Part shown: positions 48,446 through 57,176 of the stretch, piece by piece | Layout: every line of letters starts with the position of its first letter | How positions within the stretch are numbered: position 1 is the first letter of the stretch | Assembly (NCBI GenBank): GCA_035575235.1 | Contig: DATLYA010000005.1 | Coordinates: forward strand, 369 to 64,368 | From: Candidatus Methylomirabilota bacterium | Lineage (GTDB): Bacteria; Desulfobacterota; Binatia; Bin18 | Direction: 5' to 3' | DNA: 64,000 bases | Made by a program: the position numbers and the translations under genes | The notes under the pieces: model-generated | The model's input: only the letters and a program-made list of their open reading frames with translations | Told to the model about the DNA's origin: nothing | The model's database searches: none

Positions 48446-49360
48446 CTACTTCGTCACCATGTATACGGGTGCATCGGGATGAAACGTCGCCCACGCAAAC
48501 CAATAAGCAATAACGGAGGGAATGAGCTTGCCGGAGACAGTCTCCCTCACTTGGGCGCTGTCGGCGGCGGCATCGTAGGTAATGGTGATTTGCACCTTGC
48601 CAATCTGATCGTCGAGCGGCGCCTGTTGTTCGCGCAGAAGTTTCAACGGATAGGCTTTGTGGGCGTCGCCAATCGTGACCCCCACCACCTTCTCTTTCGG
48701 CGAGAGTCGTGAGTCTTCATTCTTCACCGGAAACATGGGATTAGGACTCTTGGCGTACGCCAGATAGGGCAAACGATTATAATCCCGATGAAAGCCGGTC
48801 TGAGTCGAAAGCACCAGGGTCTTCGGGTGCTGCTCGCGCCACGCCCTCCAGGTCGTGGTCACCGACGGCATGGGAGAAAGACGAGCCCCGGTCTGCGGAC
48901 CGGTAACCGCTTCTTCTTTGAGCTGTGACCACAGACTTTCCGTCTGGTGGTCGTAAAACAACACGTTGCTCTCGTAGAGCAATCCAGAGACGCCGAAGGT
49001 CAGCTCTTTATCCTTGACTTTGCGGTCGTACACGACGCCGCTGGCCGTCAACGGTCAATAGGTAACGGCAATTGGTTTCTCCCCCAGTCGATCATTGACC
49101 ACCTCATGCCACGTCAGAATGCGCAGCGGGTAAGCCTTGGCTACACCTTTATCTACGATGCCAATGACTTCATCAGCATCCTCCAGGAAGGTCGCTTCCG
49201 CGGCTGGAACAAACTGCGGATCAAGAATAGCGGGAATGCCGTCTTTGGGGGGGCCGCCGCCGCGAATCTCTTCCGGGGGAATACTATGCTTCGAGTAGTC
49301 AAAACCGCTCAGGCACCCAACCATTGCCAGCAAGCCAATAGTGCGAAGACCTTTCTGCAT
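48446..49360 (-). CDS. DUF3179-family selenoprotein (lipoprotein/exported), TY-U-PLT (UGA at 49055-49057)
   Basis: Track ORFs 49055..49360 and 48446..49051 share a frame. ...KAYPLRILTWHEVVNDRLGEKPIAVTY[U]PLTASGVVYDRKV...TTTWRAWREQHP aligns with TVTYCILCNSGVAL of 29341-30585. Confidence 0.8.
49022..49039 (-). promoter_or_regulatory. Candidate SECIS hairpin for UGA 49055-49057 (weak)
   Basis: GGCGUCG-UGUA-CGAC(C)GC, 15 nt after the UGA. An alternative 5-bp hairpin CCGUU-N7-AGCGG starts directly after the UGA. Confidence 0.35.
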
Positions 49361-49392
49361 AACACCTCCAAGGCAACGACTGTGAGACTCTC

Positions 49393-49902
49393 CTACTGCG
49401 CTTCGAGCACACGAATGCGATACGCCCGAAACTCAGGCACGTCATTCTTAAAGAAGATGAAGCGAAAATCGTCCTGCGCGCCGGCCGCGATGCGCTCCAC
49501 CCCCATGTCGGCCGGCGCCTTGTTCCCAACTTCATAGGCTTCTTCACGCAACGCTTCGGCTTTGCGGTTGTAGCCATAGTCACGGAAGACGACAATGTCG
49601 TTTTCACCGAGGAGTTCGAACTGGAGCTTGACATAGGTCAGGGGCTTCTCGGCAGCATTCTCCAGTCGGCCATTGATCAAGAGGATCGGTTCGGACCCAC
49701 CACTCATGCTGAAGAATGAGGTCCATTCTCCACGGTGGGAGAGCAAGCGTACGCCCAGCCCGTCCGTCGGAACCAGACTGCCTGGCACGGCGGTCGGGGC
49801 GTCGGGAATGCCCGTAGCGTCGGGCGGCGCAGCATAGGCGTGAGATGAACCGAGGATGGCTATGCAGAGGAGGATAAGGAAAAGTACATTGTGGGTCACC
49901 AT
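49393..49902 (-). CDS. Exported hypothetical protein
   Basis: Start taken at MVTHNVLFLILLCIAILGSSHAYA (internal Met of track ORF 49393..49995). Lies 32 nt upstream of the DUF3179 Sec gene. Confidence 0.55.
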   Translation of the reverse strand: MVTHNVLFLILLCIAILGSSHAYAAPPDATGIPDAPTAVPGSLVPTDGLGVRLLSHRGEWTSFFSMSGGSEPILLINGRLENAAEKPLTYVKLQFELLGENDIVVFRDYGYNRKAEALREEAYEVGNKAPADMGVERIAAGAQDDFRFIFFKNDVPEFRAYRIRVLEAQ

Positions 49903-50077
49903 AATAAGCCTCCACAGGCGCGAAGCTGCACGCGCAACGTGCAGCTTTCTCTGTTCCATTGTTTTCAACCACGGGCGCGTTCCGGAAGTTCCCACGGTCG
50001 TGTCGGGGTGCTCCCTTCCGGGAACTTTCAGGCTTCTTCATTGGTTTTTCTTTCCATGACTATAGGGAGGGAATGCT

Positions 50078-51235
50078 ATGGCGGCAGTCACAAACATGGA
50101 ACGAACGGTACAGGAGCAATATACAGCGGGCGCCCGAGTGGCGGAGGCGGCGCTGTGTTGTCCGGTGGACTATAATCCGGAGTATCTTACCATCTTGCCT
50201 CAAGAAATCATCGACAAGGACTATGGCTGCGGTGATCCGTCTCGCTATCTGCGAGCCGGTGAAACCGTACTCGATCTGGGCTGCGGCGCGGGCAAGATCT
50301 GCTATATCGCCGCGCAGGTGGTGGGTCCCACCGGCCTCGTCATTGGCGTTGATATGACGCCTGAGATGCTCGCCGTCGCTGAAAAATACCGTCAACAGAT
50401 CGGCGAGCGCCTGGGTTTCCACAATGTGGAGTTTCGTCGCGGCCGTATTCAGGACCTGCGTACAAATCTCGACGCCGTCGAGCAGTACCTGCAACGTCAC
50501 CCCATCGCTTCGGTCGCGGACTTGCAGGCCTTCTCTACCTTTCAGGCCGAACAGCGCGTGGAGCGACCGTTGATTGTTGATGAATCCGTTGATGTCGTGG
50601 TGTCCAACTGCGTCCTCAACCTGGTCGATGACGCGGACAAACGACAGCTCTTCGGCGAGATTTTCCGTGTCCTGCGCAAAGGTGGCCGAGCGGTCATTTC
50701 GGACATTGTCGCGGATGAGCCCGTTCCCCTCCATCTCAAGAGCGATCCAGACCTCTGGAGCGGCTGCATCTCTGGCGCACTGCAAGAGCACGACTTTCTC
50801 CGGGCGTTTGCTGAAGCCGGGTTCCACGGGATCGAAATCCTCAAACGCGACCAACAACCGTGGCGTACAGTGGAAGGGATAGAATTCCGCTCCGTGACCG
50901 TGGCCGCCTATAAAGGCAAGCAAGGCCCATGCTGGGATTGTAATCACGCCGTCATCTACAAAGGCCCCTGGAGTGCAGTGACAGATGATGATGGCCACAC
51001 GCTCATCCGTGGGGTGCCAATGGCGGTGTGTGAGAAAACGTTTCGCTTGTACACGCGCGAACCCTATGCACATCACATTATCCCTGTGCAACCGCTGACG
51101 CCGATCGCGCTGGAAGATGCTCAGCCATTCGATTGCAGTCGCGATACGGTGCGCAGCCCACGAGAAACGAAGGGCTTGGAGTATCGCGCGACAACCGAGT
51201 CGACCGCCTGCTGTGAGCCGGGAAAATGTTGTTAA
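50078..51235 (+). CDS. arsM: Arsenite S-adenosylmethionine methyltransferase-like (ArsM family)
   Basis: ALCCPVDY, DYGCGDP, VLDLGCGAGK SAM motif, VVSNCVLNLV, LWSGCISGAL. This is the conserved ArsM Cys pattern. Confidence 0.85.
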   Translation: MAAVTNMERTVQEQYTAGARVAEAALCCPVDYNPEYLTILPQEIIDKDYGCGDPSRYLRAGETVLDLGCGAGKICYIAAQVVGPTGLVIGVDMTPEMLAVAEKYRQQIGERLGFHNVEFRRGRIQDLRTNLDAVEQYLQRHPIASVADLQAFSTFQAEQRVERPLIVDESVDVVVSNCVLNLVDDADKRQLFGEIFRVLRKGGRAVISDIVADEPVPLHLKSDPDLWSGCISGALQEHDFLRAFAEAGFHGIEILKRDQQPWRTVEGIEFRSVTVAAYKGKQGPCWDCNHAVIYKGPWSAVTDDDGHTLIRGVPMAVCEKTFRLYTREPYAHHIIPVQPLTPIALEDAQPFDCSRDTVRSPRETKGLEYRATTESTACCEPGKCC

Positions 51236-51258
51236 CAGGAGAGGAACAAGCAGGATTT

Positions 51259-52230
51259 ATGCAACCGATGCCATTTGCCGCACGACTCCGCCGCGAGGGC
51301 GTCTCTTTAACACGCTCCGGTATTGGCGCCGTCCAACTCAATGTCGGCAAACGCTGTAATCAAGCCTGTCTCCATTGTCACGTGGATGCCGGCCCTAAGC
51401 GCACGGAAATTATGGATCGGCGGACTGCCGAACTCGCGCTCGAGTTCATCCGGGCCGCCGGGGTGTGGACAGTAGATATCACCGGCGGCGCGCCAGAATT
51501 GAATCCCTCGTTTCGCTTTCTGGTGGAACAGGCGCGGTGCGACGGCCGTCAGGTGCTGGATCGCTGTAACCTCACGGTGCTCCTGGAGCCCGGACAAGAG
51601 GACCTGCCACCCTTCCTCGCGGCGATGGGCGTCGAAGTGATCGCCAGCCTGCCCTGTTACCTGCTGGAGAATGTCGAAAGACAACGCGGGCGCGGGGTGT
51701 ACGACAAATCCATCGAGGCGCTGCGCCGTCTGAACGCCGAAGGGTACGGACAGGAACGCTCTGGTCTTGTGCTGAATCTCGTCTACAACCCGATTGGCGC
51801 GCACTTGCCGCCGCAGGATAACCTTGAGGCGGATTATAAACGGGAGCCCGGCACGAGATTCGGCATCCGCTTCAATCACCTGTACACGCTCACCAACATG
51901 CCGATCGCGCGTTTCGCCCACACACTCCAGCGGGAAGGCCAATTCGACGCGTACCTTGAGCTGCTCGCCACTGCATTCAACCCGGCGACGCTGAACAATC
52001 TTATGTGCCGGAATCTGGTGAGTATTTCCTGGGATGGGTTTTTCTACGACTGTGATTTCAACCAGATGCTCGATTTGCGTCTCGGTAATGGCAAACCACT
52101 GCGCTTGGGCGAGCAGTCCGGCGCTGAGCTTGTGCGCCAGGTAGTGCGGCGGGAAATTCTCACAGACTCGCACTGCTACGGGTGCACGGCTGGGACCGGG
52201 AGTTCGTGTGGTGGAGCGTTAGCTGCCTGA
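51259..52230 (+). CDS. arsS: Radical SAM/Cys-rich protein of the arsenosugar-biosynthesis ArsS family
   Basis: LNVGKRCNQACLHCH radical-SAM CxxxCxxC, ...ITGGAPELNP..., C-terminal HCYGCTAGTGSSCGG. Confidence 0.9.
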   Translation: MQPMPFAARLRREGVSLTRSGIGAVQLNVGKRCNQACLHCHVDAGPKRTEIMDRRTAELALEFIRAAGVWTVDITGGAPELNPSFRFLVEQARCDGRQVLDRCNLTVLLEPGQEDLPPFLAAMGVEVIASLPCYLLENVERQRGRGVYDKSIEALRRLNAEGYGQERSGLVLNLVYNPIGAHLPPQDNLEADYKREPGTRFGIRFNHLYTLTNMPIARFAHTLQREGQFDAYLELLATAFNPATLNNLMCRNLVSISWDGFFYDCDFNQMLDLRLGNGKPLRLGEQSGAELVRQVVRREILTDSHCYGCTAGTGSSCGGALAA

Positions 52231-52276
52231 AACCTGTCCCTCGTGGGAACAGCAATCGCCAGCAAACGCAGGGGTT

Positions 52277-53125
52277 ATGCTCGTGCGCAGAACAACAACG
52301 CTCTCTTTTCCTTCTTTCGTGCTGACGATCATTTGCTTGGGGCGCTTTTTGAGTGTGAACGCGCATGCCGAGCAGTTGACACTCGCCGGGTCGAGCACGA
52401 TACAGCCGGTTGCCGAAGTGCTGGGGCAAAAATTTGAACAGCTGCATCCTGAATCCCAAATCAATGTCCAGGGTGGAGGCTCGTCCGTTGGCATCACCGC
52501 ACCACAGAGCGGCCTGGCTGATATCGGCATGGTCTCCCGCGCGCTCCATGCTGAGGAAGCGCAGAAACTCGTGCCAACGACCTTCGCGCTGGACGGCATC
52601 GCCCTGATCGCGCACGCCAGTAACCCGGTCTCAGGTCTCAGCCGCCAGCAGGTCATCGACATTTATACGGGGAAAGTTTCGAACTGGGGGGCGCTCGGCT
52701 GGCGTGACGCCCGTATTGTCGTGGTCAACAAAGAAGAAGGGCGCGCCACGCTCGAGCTGTTTGCCCAGTACTTCGAGCTCACGGGCACCTTCGTGCGCGG
52801 CGCCATCATCATAGGTCCCAATGGGCAAGCGATTGCGACGGTCGCCGGGAATCCACAGGCGATCGCCTATGTGTCGATCGGCTCTGCCGAGGTAGCGGTG
52901 GAACAAGGGACCTCGATCAAACTGCTCGCCCTGGATGGCGTGGCCGCGACGAGCATCAATGTCAAAAGTGGAGCCTATGGACTGACCCGCCCGCTCAACT
53001 TCGTCACAATGGGACCGCCACACGGGCTGGCCAAAGCATTCTTGGATTTCGTACTGACACCCATGGGGCAACAGATCGTCACGGAGCAAGGGTTCGTACC
53101 CGTGCGAAAGATCATCACACGGTAG
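52277..53125 (+). CDS. pstS: PstS-family phosphate(-like oxyanion) ABC substrate-binding protein
   Basis: LTLAGSSTIQPVAEVL...VQGGGSSVGI...IGMVSR...ALDGIALI...TGKVSNW. Confidence 0.85.
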   Translation: MLVRRTTTLSFPSFVLTIICLGRFLSVNAHAEQLTLAGSSTIQPVAEVLGQKFEQLHPESQINVQGGGSSVGITAPQSGLADIGMVSRALHAEEAQKLVPTTFALDGIALIAHASNPVSGLSRQQVIDIYTGKVSNWGALGWRDARIVVVNKEEGRATLELFAQYFELTGTFVRGAIIIGPNGQAIATVAGNPQAIAYVSIGSAEVAVEQGTSIKLLALDGVAATSINVKSGAYGLTRPLNFVTMGPPHGLAKAFLDFVLTPMGQQIVTEQGFVPVRKIITR

Positions 53126-53177
53126 TAGTGGCTCATCGCAGTAATTGTGAGGGGCGAAGGAGACTCAAGAGAGACAG

Positions 53178-53247
53178 AGATTGCTTCGCTCCGCTCGCAA
53201 TGACCCCTCGCTCTGTCATTGCGAGGAGCAGAGCGACGAAGCAATCT
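53178..53247. repeat. Palindromic intergenic repeat (AGATTGCTTCGCTCCGCTCGCAATGAC / GTCATTGCGAGGAGC..GACGAAGCAATCT) between pstS and pstC
   Basis: About 30-nt inverted arms around a 10-nt centre. Confidence 0.65.
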
Positions 53248-53283
53248 TTGCCTGGCAAAATCATTGAGAGGAAGTAGTAGCAC

Positions 53284-54216
53284 ATGGCCAATTCCCATTC
53301 CCTTGACAATCAGTTTCTCACTCATGACCTCGCGCTTCCAGATATCGATGCGACGGGACAGGGAAGCGCGTGGAGGGAGCGGCTGTTCGTGTGGGGCCTG
53401 CGGGGGTGCGCCGGGTTGGCGGGCGTCATCACTCTCCTCATCGTGGTGTATCTGTGCGCCCAAAGCTTCCCCCTGTTGCACCAGATCGGGATGACACGTT
53501 TCTTCACCGATCAGAGGTGGGCCCCGACGCGTGGTCAGTTCAACCTCGTACCGATGTTTGTTGGTACGCTTTACGCCACGCTTGGAGCCGTGACGGTAGC
53601 AGCCCCCTGCGGTATCGCCCTGGCAGTGTTTGCCGCCTTTTACGCACCGTCACCAATCGCCCGTGTCGTACACGGTGTATTGGGACTCCTCGCCGGCATT
53701 CCGTCCGTGGTGTTTGGTCTCTGGGGACTGGTGACGCTTGTGCCGCTTCTCAATCGGGTACATCCTCCGGGGCTTTCGCTGTTGATGGGCATTGTCATCT
53801 TAACATTGATGATCCTCCCCACCATCGCGCTGATCGCGGAGGCGGCGCTGCGCGCCGTGCCACGGGAATATGTGCTTGGTGGAGCGGCGCTGGGCTGCGG
53901 TCGGTGGCAGATCGTGCGAAACATTGCGTTGCCGACCGCTCGCGCGGGTTTGCTCACGGCAGTGCTGCTCGGCGTCGGGCGCGCGCTCGGCGAGACCATG
54001 GCCGTCAGCATGGTCATGGGCAATACCATCCAGATTCCAGATACCGTGTGGGTTCCTGCGCGGACGTTGACCGCGCATATCGGTCTGGAAATGGCCTATG
54101 CCATGGGGAGCCATCGCGCAGCGCTCTTTGTCGCCGGGTTATGGTTACTGAGCGCCGTCATCGGCTTGGTGTTCGTCGTCGAGTGGATCAATCGGGATCG
54201 TATACATGGAGCCTAA
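53284..54216 (+). CDS. pstC: Phosphate ABC transporter permease PstC
   Basis: 6-TM ABC permease with EAA-like loop (...AAPREYVLGGAALGCGRWQIV...). Confidence 0.9.
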   Translation: MANSHSLDNQFLTHDLALPDIDATGQGSAWRERLFVWGLRGCAGLAGVITLLIVVYLCAQSFPLLHQIGMTRFFTDQRWAPTRGQFNLVPMFVGTLYATLGAVTVAAPCGIALAVFAAFYAPSPIARVVHGVLGLLAGIPSVVFGLWGLVTLVPLLNRVHPPGLSLLMGIVILTLMILPTIALIAEAALRAVPREYVLGGAALGCGRWQIVRNIALPTARAGLLTAVLLGVGRALGETMAVSMVMGNTIQIPDTVWVPARTLTAHIGLEMAYAMGSHRAALFVAGLWLLSAVIGLVFVVEWINRDRIHGA

Positions 54217-55096
54217 CCGCGCGTCGATCACGCGTCCTGGTCTGCTGCCTCTGTTTGTTCATCCTGCGTCGGCGTGGCCAGAACACTTCGTCACAGGTGG
54301 ACTCTGGCTCGTGACCTTGGGGGTAATTGGCGTGTTCGCCTGGATTCTGGGGGATCTGCTGTACCACGGCGCCACCGCGCTCTCTCTTGACTTTGTGCTC
54401 CAACCGCCCCTGCAGGCTGGACGAGCAGGCGGCATCTCAACGGTCATCATCGGGACGCTCCTCATCGTTGGCGTCGCCCTTGGCAGCGCCGTGCCGATCA
54501 GTCTGGGAACGGCGATCCTCCTGGCCGAGGCGAGCAACGCGGAGACATCCTTTGGTCGTGTCGTACGACGCAGCTTGGACGTGTTGGCTGGCGTCCCCTC
54601 CATTGTTTTTGGGCTGTTTGGTCTGGCGTTGTTCGGACAGTTTTTGGGCTGGTCGATTCTCTCGGGCGGCTTGACCCTGGCGTGTATGATTCTCCCGGTG
54701 TTGATCCGCTCCACCGAAGAGAGTGTGCGCGCCGTACCGGCCAGCCTTCGGCATGGCGCTGCAGCGTTGGGACTCTCGCCACGGGCAATCTTGTGTCATC
54801 TGACGCTCCCGGCAGCCACTCCTGGCATCCTCGCGGGACTGGTCTTGAGCGTGGGGCGGGCGCTGGCGGAAACGGCCGCTCTGCTCTTTACCGCAGGAGC
54901 GGCGATCCGCATGCCGACCTCCCTGTTTGATTCGGCCCGATCGCTTTCCTACCACATTTACTTATTGGCCATCGAAGTGCCGGGAGGGCAGGAGCGCGCG
55001 TACGCCTCAGCGGTCGTCCTGGTCGGCATGCTCTTGCTGCTTAACGGCGCGGCGGTGCTGCTGGCGCGACGCTTTCAACGAAGGCTGGCGCCGTAA
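54206..55096 (+). CDS. pstA: Phosphate ABC transporter permease PstA
   Basis: Overlaps the pstC end. ...ESVRAVPASLRHGAAALGLSPRAILCHLTLPAA... Confidence 0.9.
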   Translation: MEPNRASITRPGLLPLFVHPASAWPEHFVTGGLWLVTLGVIGVFAWILGDLLYHGATALSLDFVLQPPLQAGRAGGISTVIIGTLLIVGVALGSAVPISLGTAILLAEASNAETSFGRVVRRSLDVLAGVPSIVFGLFGLALFGQFLGWSILSGGLTLACMILPVLIRSTEESVRAVPASLRHGAAALGLSPRAILCHLTLPAATPGILAGLVLSVGRALAETAALLFTAGAAIRMPTSLFDSARSLSYHIYLLAIEVPGGQERAYASAVVLVGMLLLLNGAAVLLARRFQRRLAP

Positions 55097-55110
55097 CGAG
55101 AGGAATTTTC

Positions 55111-55926
55111 ATGAACGCAACGCAGGTCATCCGGCGGGAAAAGTCAGGCTGTTGTATTCCGGTCACGAAATTAGAAACGCGCCGTCTGTCCGTCAGGTAC
55201 GGCAGACGGACGGTGCTCCGCAAGGTGTCGCTGCCGATGCATAAGTGTTGTGCAACCGCCATCATTGGACCCTCAGGCTGTGGCAAGTCCAGTTTTCTTA
55301 TGGCGCTGAATCGTCTGACGGATCTTATTCCAGGCGCCAGCGTCACGGGAGAGGTGCTGCTGGACGGTGACAATCTCCTGGCTGATGACGTCAACGTCAC
55401 CATGGTGCGTCGCCGCATCGGCATGATCTTTCAGAAACCCAATCCCTTCCCGCTGTCGATCGAACGCAACCTCACACTGGCGCTTGAACATCACGGGGTC
55501 AAAGAGCGGACAAGACAAGCGGAGATCGTGGAAACGAGCCTCCAAGCGGTCGGATTATGGCAGGAGGTCAAAGACAAGCTCCGCACGTCCGGTCTCGCAC
55601 TCTCCGGCGGCCAGCAGCAGCGTCTGTGCATTGCCCGCGCTATTGCCCTGCAGCCGGAAGTGTTGCTCATGGACGAGCCGTGCAGCGCGCTGGACCCGCG
55701 CGCCAGCGCCCAGGTGGAAGAGTTGATCCGCGCGCTCGCCAGGCGCTTTACTGTCGTTGTCGTCACCCACAACCTCCACCAAGCCCGGCGCGTGAGCGAT
55801 TACGCCGCGCTATTTTGGCAAGAGGAGGGGTACGGTGCGCTTGTAGAAGCTGGCCCCACTGAGGCGCTCTTTGACGACCCCCAACATGTCAAAACCCGGG
55901 CGTATGTCCAGGGCGTGATTGGCTGA
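55111..55926 (+). CDS. pstB: Phosphate ABC transporter ATP-binding protein PstB
   Basis: Walker A GPSGCGKSS, signature LSGGQQQR, Walker B LLMDEP. PstB-typical ...FQKPNPFP.SI..N. Confidence 0.95.
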   Translation: MNATQVIRREKSGCCIPVTKLETRRLSVRYGRRTVLRKVSLPMHKCCATAIIGPSGCGKSSFLMALNRLTDLIPGASVTGEVLLDGDNLLADDVNVTMVRRRIGMIFQKPNPFPLSIERNLTLALEHHGVKERTRQAEIVETSLQAVGLWQEVKDKLRTSGLALSGGQQQRLCIARAIALQPEVLLMDEPCSALDPRASAQVEELIRALARRFTVVVVTHNLHQARRVSDYAALFWQEEGYGALVEAGPTEALFDDPQHVKTRAYVQGVIG

Positions 55927-55973
55927 GAGAAAAAAATACAGCTGAAGAACGTACGCAAAGAAAAGAGCGGTGC

Positions 55974-56078
55974 ATGGTCTGGATCAAAACGTTTGAGGAG
56001 AAAGAGGCCAGCGGACAGCTGGCTGAAGTGCTCGCTCGCACCCAGCGGTTGGTCGAACAAAACGCCGACAAGGGATGA
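55974..56078 (+). pseudogene. N-terminal fragment (34 codons) of an AhpD/peroxidase-related paralogue
   Basis: MVWIKTFEEKEASGQLAEVLARTQ... parallels MTWVKTFAEHEASGRLAEVYAEL of 14134. It stops 4 nt before the convergent DUF3179 gene end. Confidence 0.45.
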
Positions 56079-56081
56079 CCT

Positions 56082-57020
56082 TCAAGACGGGTCTGCCTTG
56101 TAGAACAGGGAGTGCGGATAAAACGTGTTCCAGGTCGCGCGGTACGTGACTACGGAAGACAGACGTTCGCCAGTGATCTTTTCGGCATACGCGAATGCAC
56201 TCTCCGGCACAAAGACGATCCGCACTTCTGTTCCTTCGATTATGTCGGTCAGAGACGCCGTGCGCGCCAATATAGCGAGCGGATACGCTTTCTGTACTTC
56301 ACCCATAGTCACCCCAAGCACAAGCTCATCGAGCGCTATCTGCGGACGCGCACTGAGCGGCCAGTGGATACCGCCGAGTGGAGAGAGCAATGTTTGCAGG
56401 GTTTTCCCTAAAGCGGAAAAGACAGCCGGAACACGCCGTTCGACCACGACGCGGCTATGCGGGTGTTGCTGTCGCCATTCGCGCCACGTCGTCATCATAA
56501 AGGGAACCGTGCGCAATTTCGCGCCGGTCATCCGTCCCGCCACCGCCTCGGCGGTGATCTGTGACCAGAGGCTGTCCGTCTGACGATCATACAGCAAGAG
56601 GTTGCTATGATAGAGCCGTCCGGAAACGCCAAAGCTGAGCGTCTGTTCTCCGACATTGCGGTCGTACACGACGCCGCTGACCGTAAGCGGTCACCACGTG
56701 ACGGCGATCGGCCGGCCTCCGATGTCGTCATTGACGATCTCGTGACCATGAAGGATGCGGATCGGATAGGCGCGCGCTTCCTCACCGATAACCACGCCGA
56801 TGACCTGCTCTTCAGGAACCAGGTCGTCGACCGCGCTGGCCGGAACCACTTCCGGATTATCGATTGCGGGGATGGCGTCCTTCGGCACGACTTGAATTGA
56901 TAGCGCGGGAACCGGCGCACTGTGGCGCGTGAGATCAAAGCCCCAGGCTGGGGTGGTCAGCGACAAGAGGAAAAAACAGGAAACGTAACGCTTCAACGAG
57001 CTGAGAAGGATGCGTATCAT
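56082..57020 (-). CDS. DUF3179-family selenoprotein (exported), TW-U-PLT (UGA at 56691-56693)
   Basis: Track ORFs 56691..57020 and 56082..56669 share a frame. ...RAYPIRILHGHEIVNDDIGGRPIAVTW[U]PLTVSGVVYDRNV...MTTWREWRQQHP. Confidence 0.8.
56658..56675 (-). promoter_or_regulatory. Candidate SECIS hairpin for UGA 56691-56693 (weak)
   Basis: Same 18-mer GGCGUCGUGUACGACCGC as at 49022-49039, at the same 15-nt spacing. An alternative CCGCU-N7-AGCGG hairpin lies directly after the UGA. Confidence 0.35.
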
Positions 57021-57176
57021 GAGCTCTGCTCCTCTCTAGAGAAACCGCCCTACCGTAAGAAAAGTTTCCTCTCGCGTTTTCTCACAGAATGGAAACTTTT
57101 CGCTGGGTCCTCTGGTTAGAGTATGTACCTTTCTATAGTCTGCTGTTCTGGGAATGGCGTATACACCGGAGGACCC

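Noticed and set aside
50060-52173. Long antisense ORFs 50060..51091 (343 aa) and 51307..52173 (288 aa)
   Set aside because: They lie opposite the strongly supported arsM and arsS genes, have no recognisable motifs, and show the Arg/Gly/His-rich composition typical of antisense frames in GC-rich DNA.
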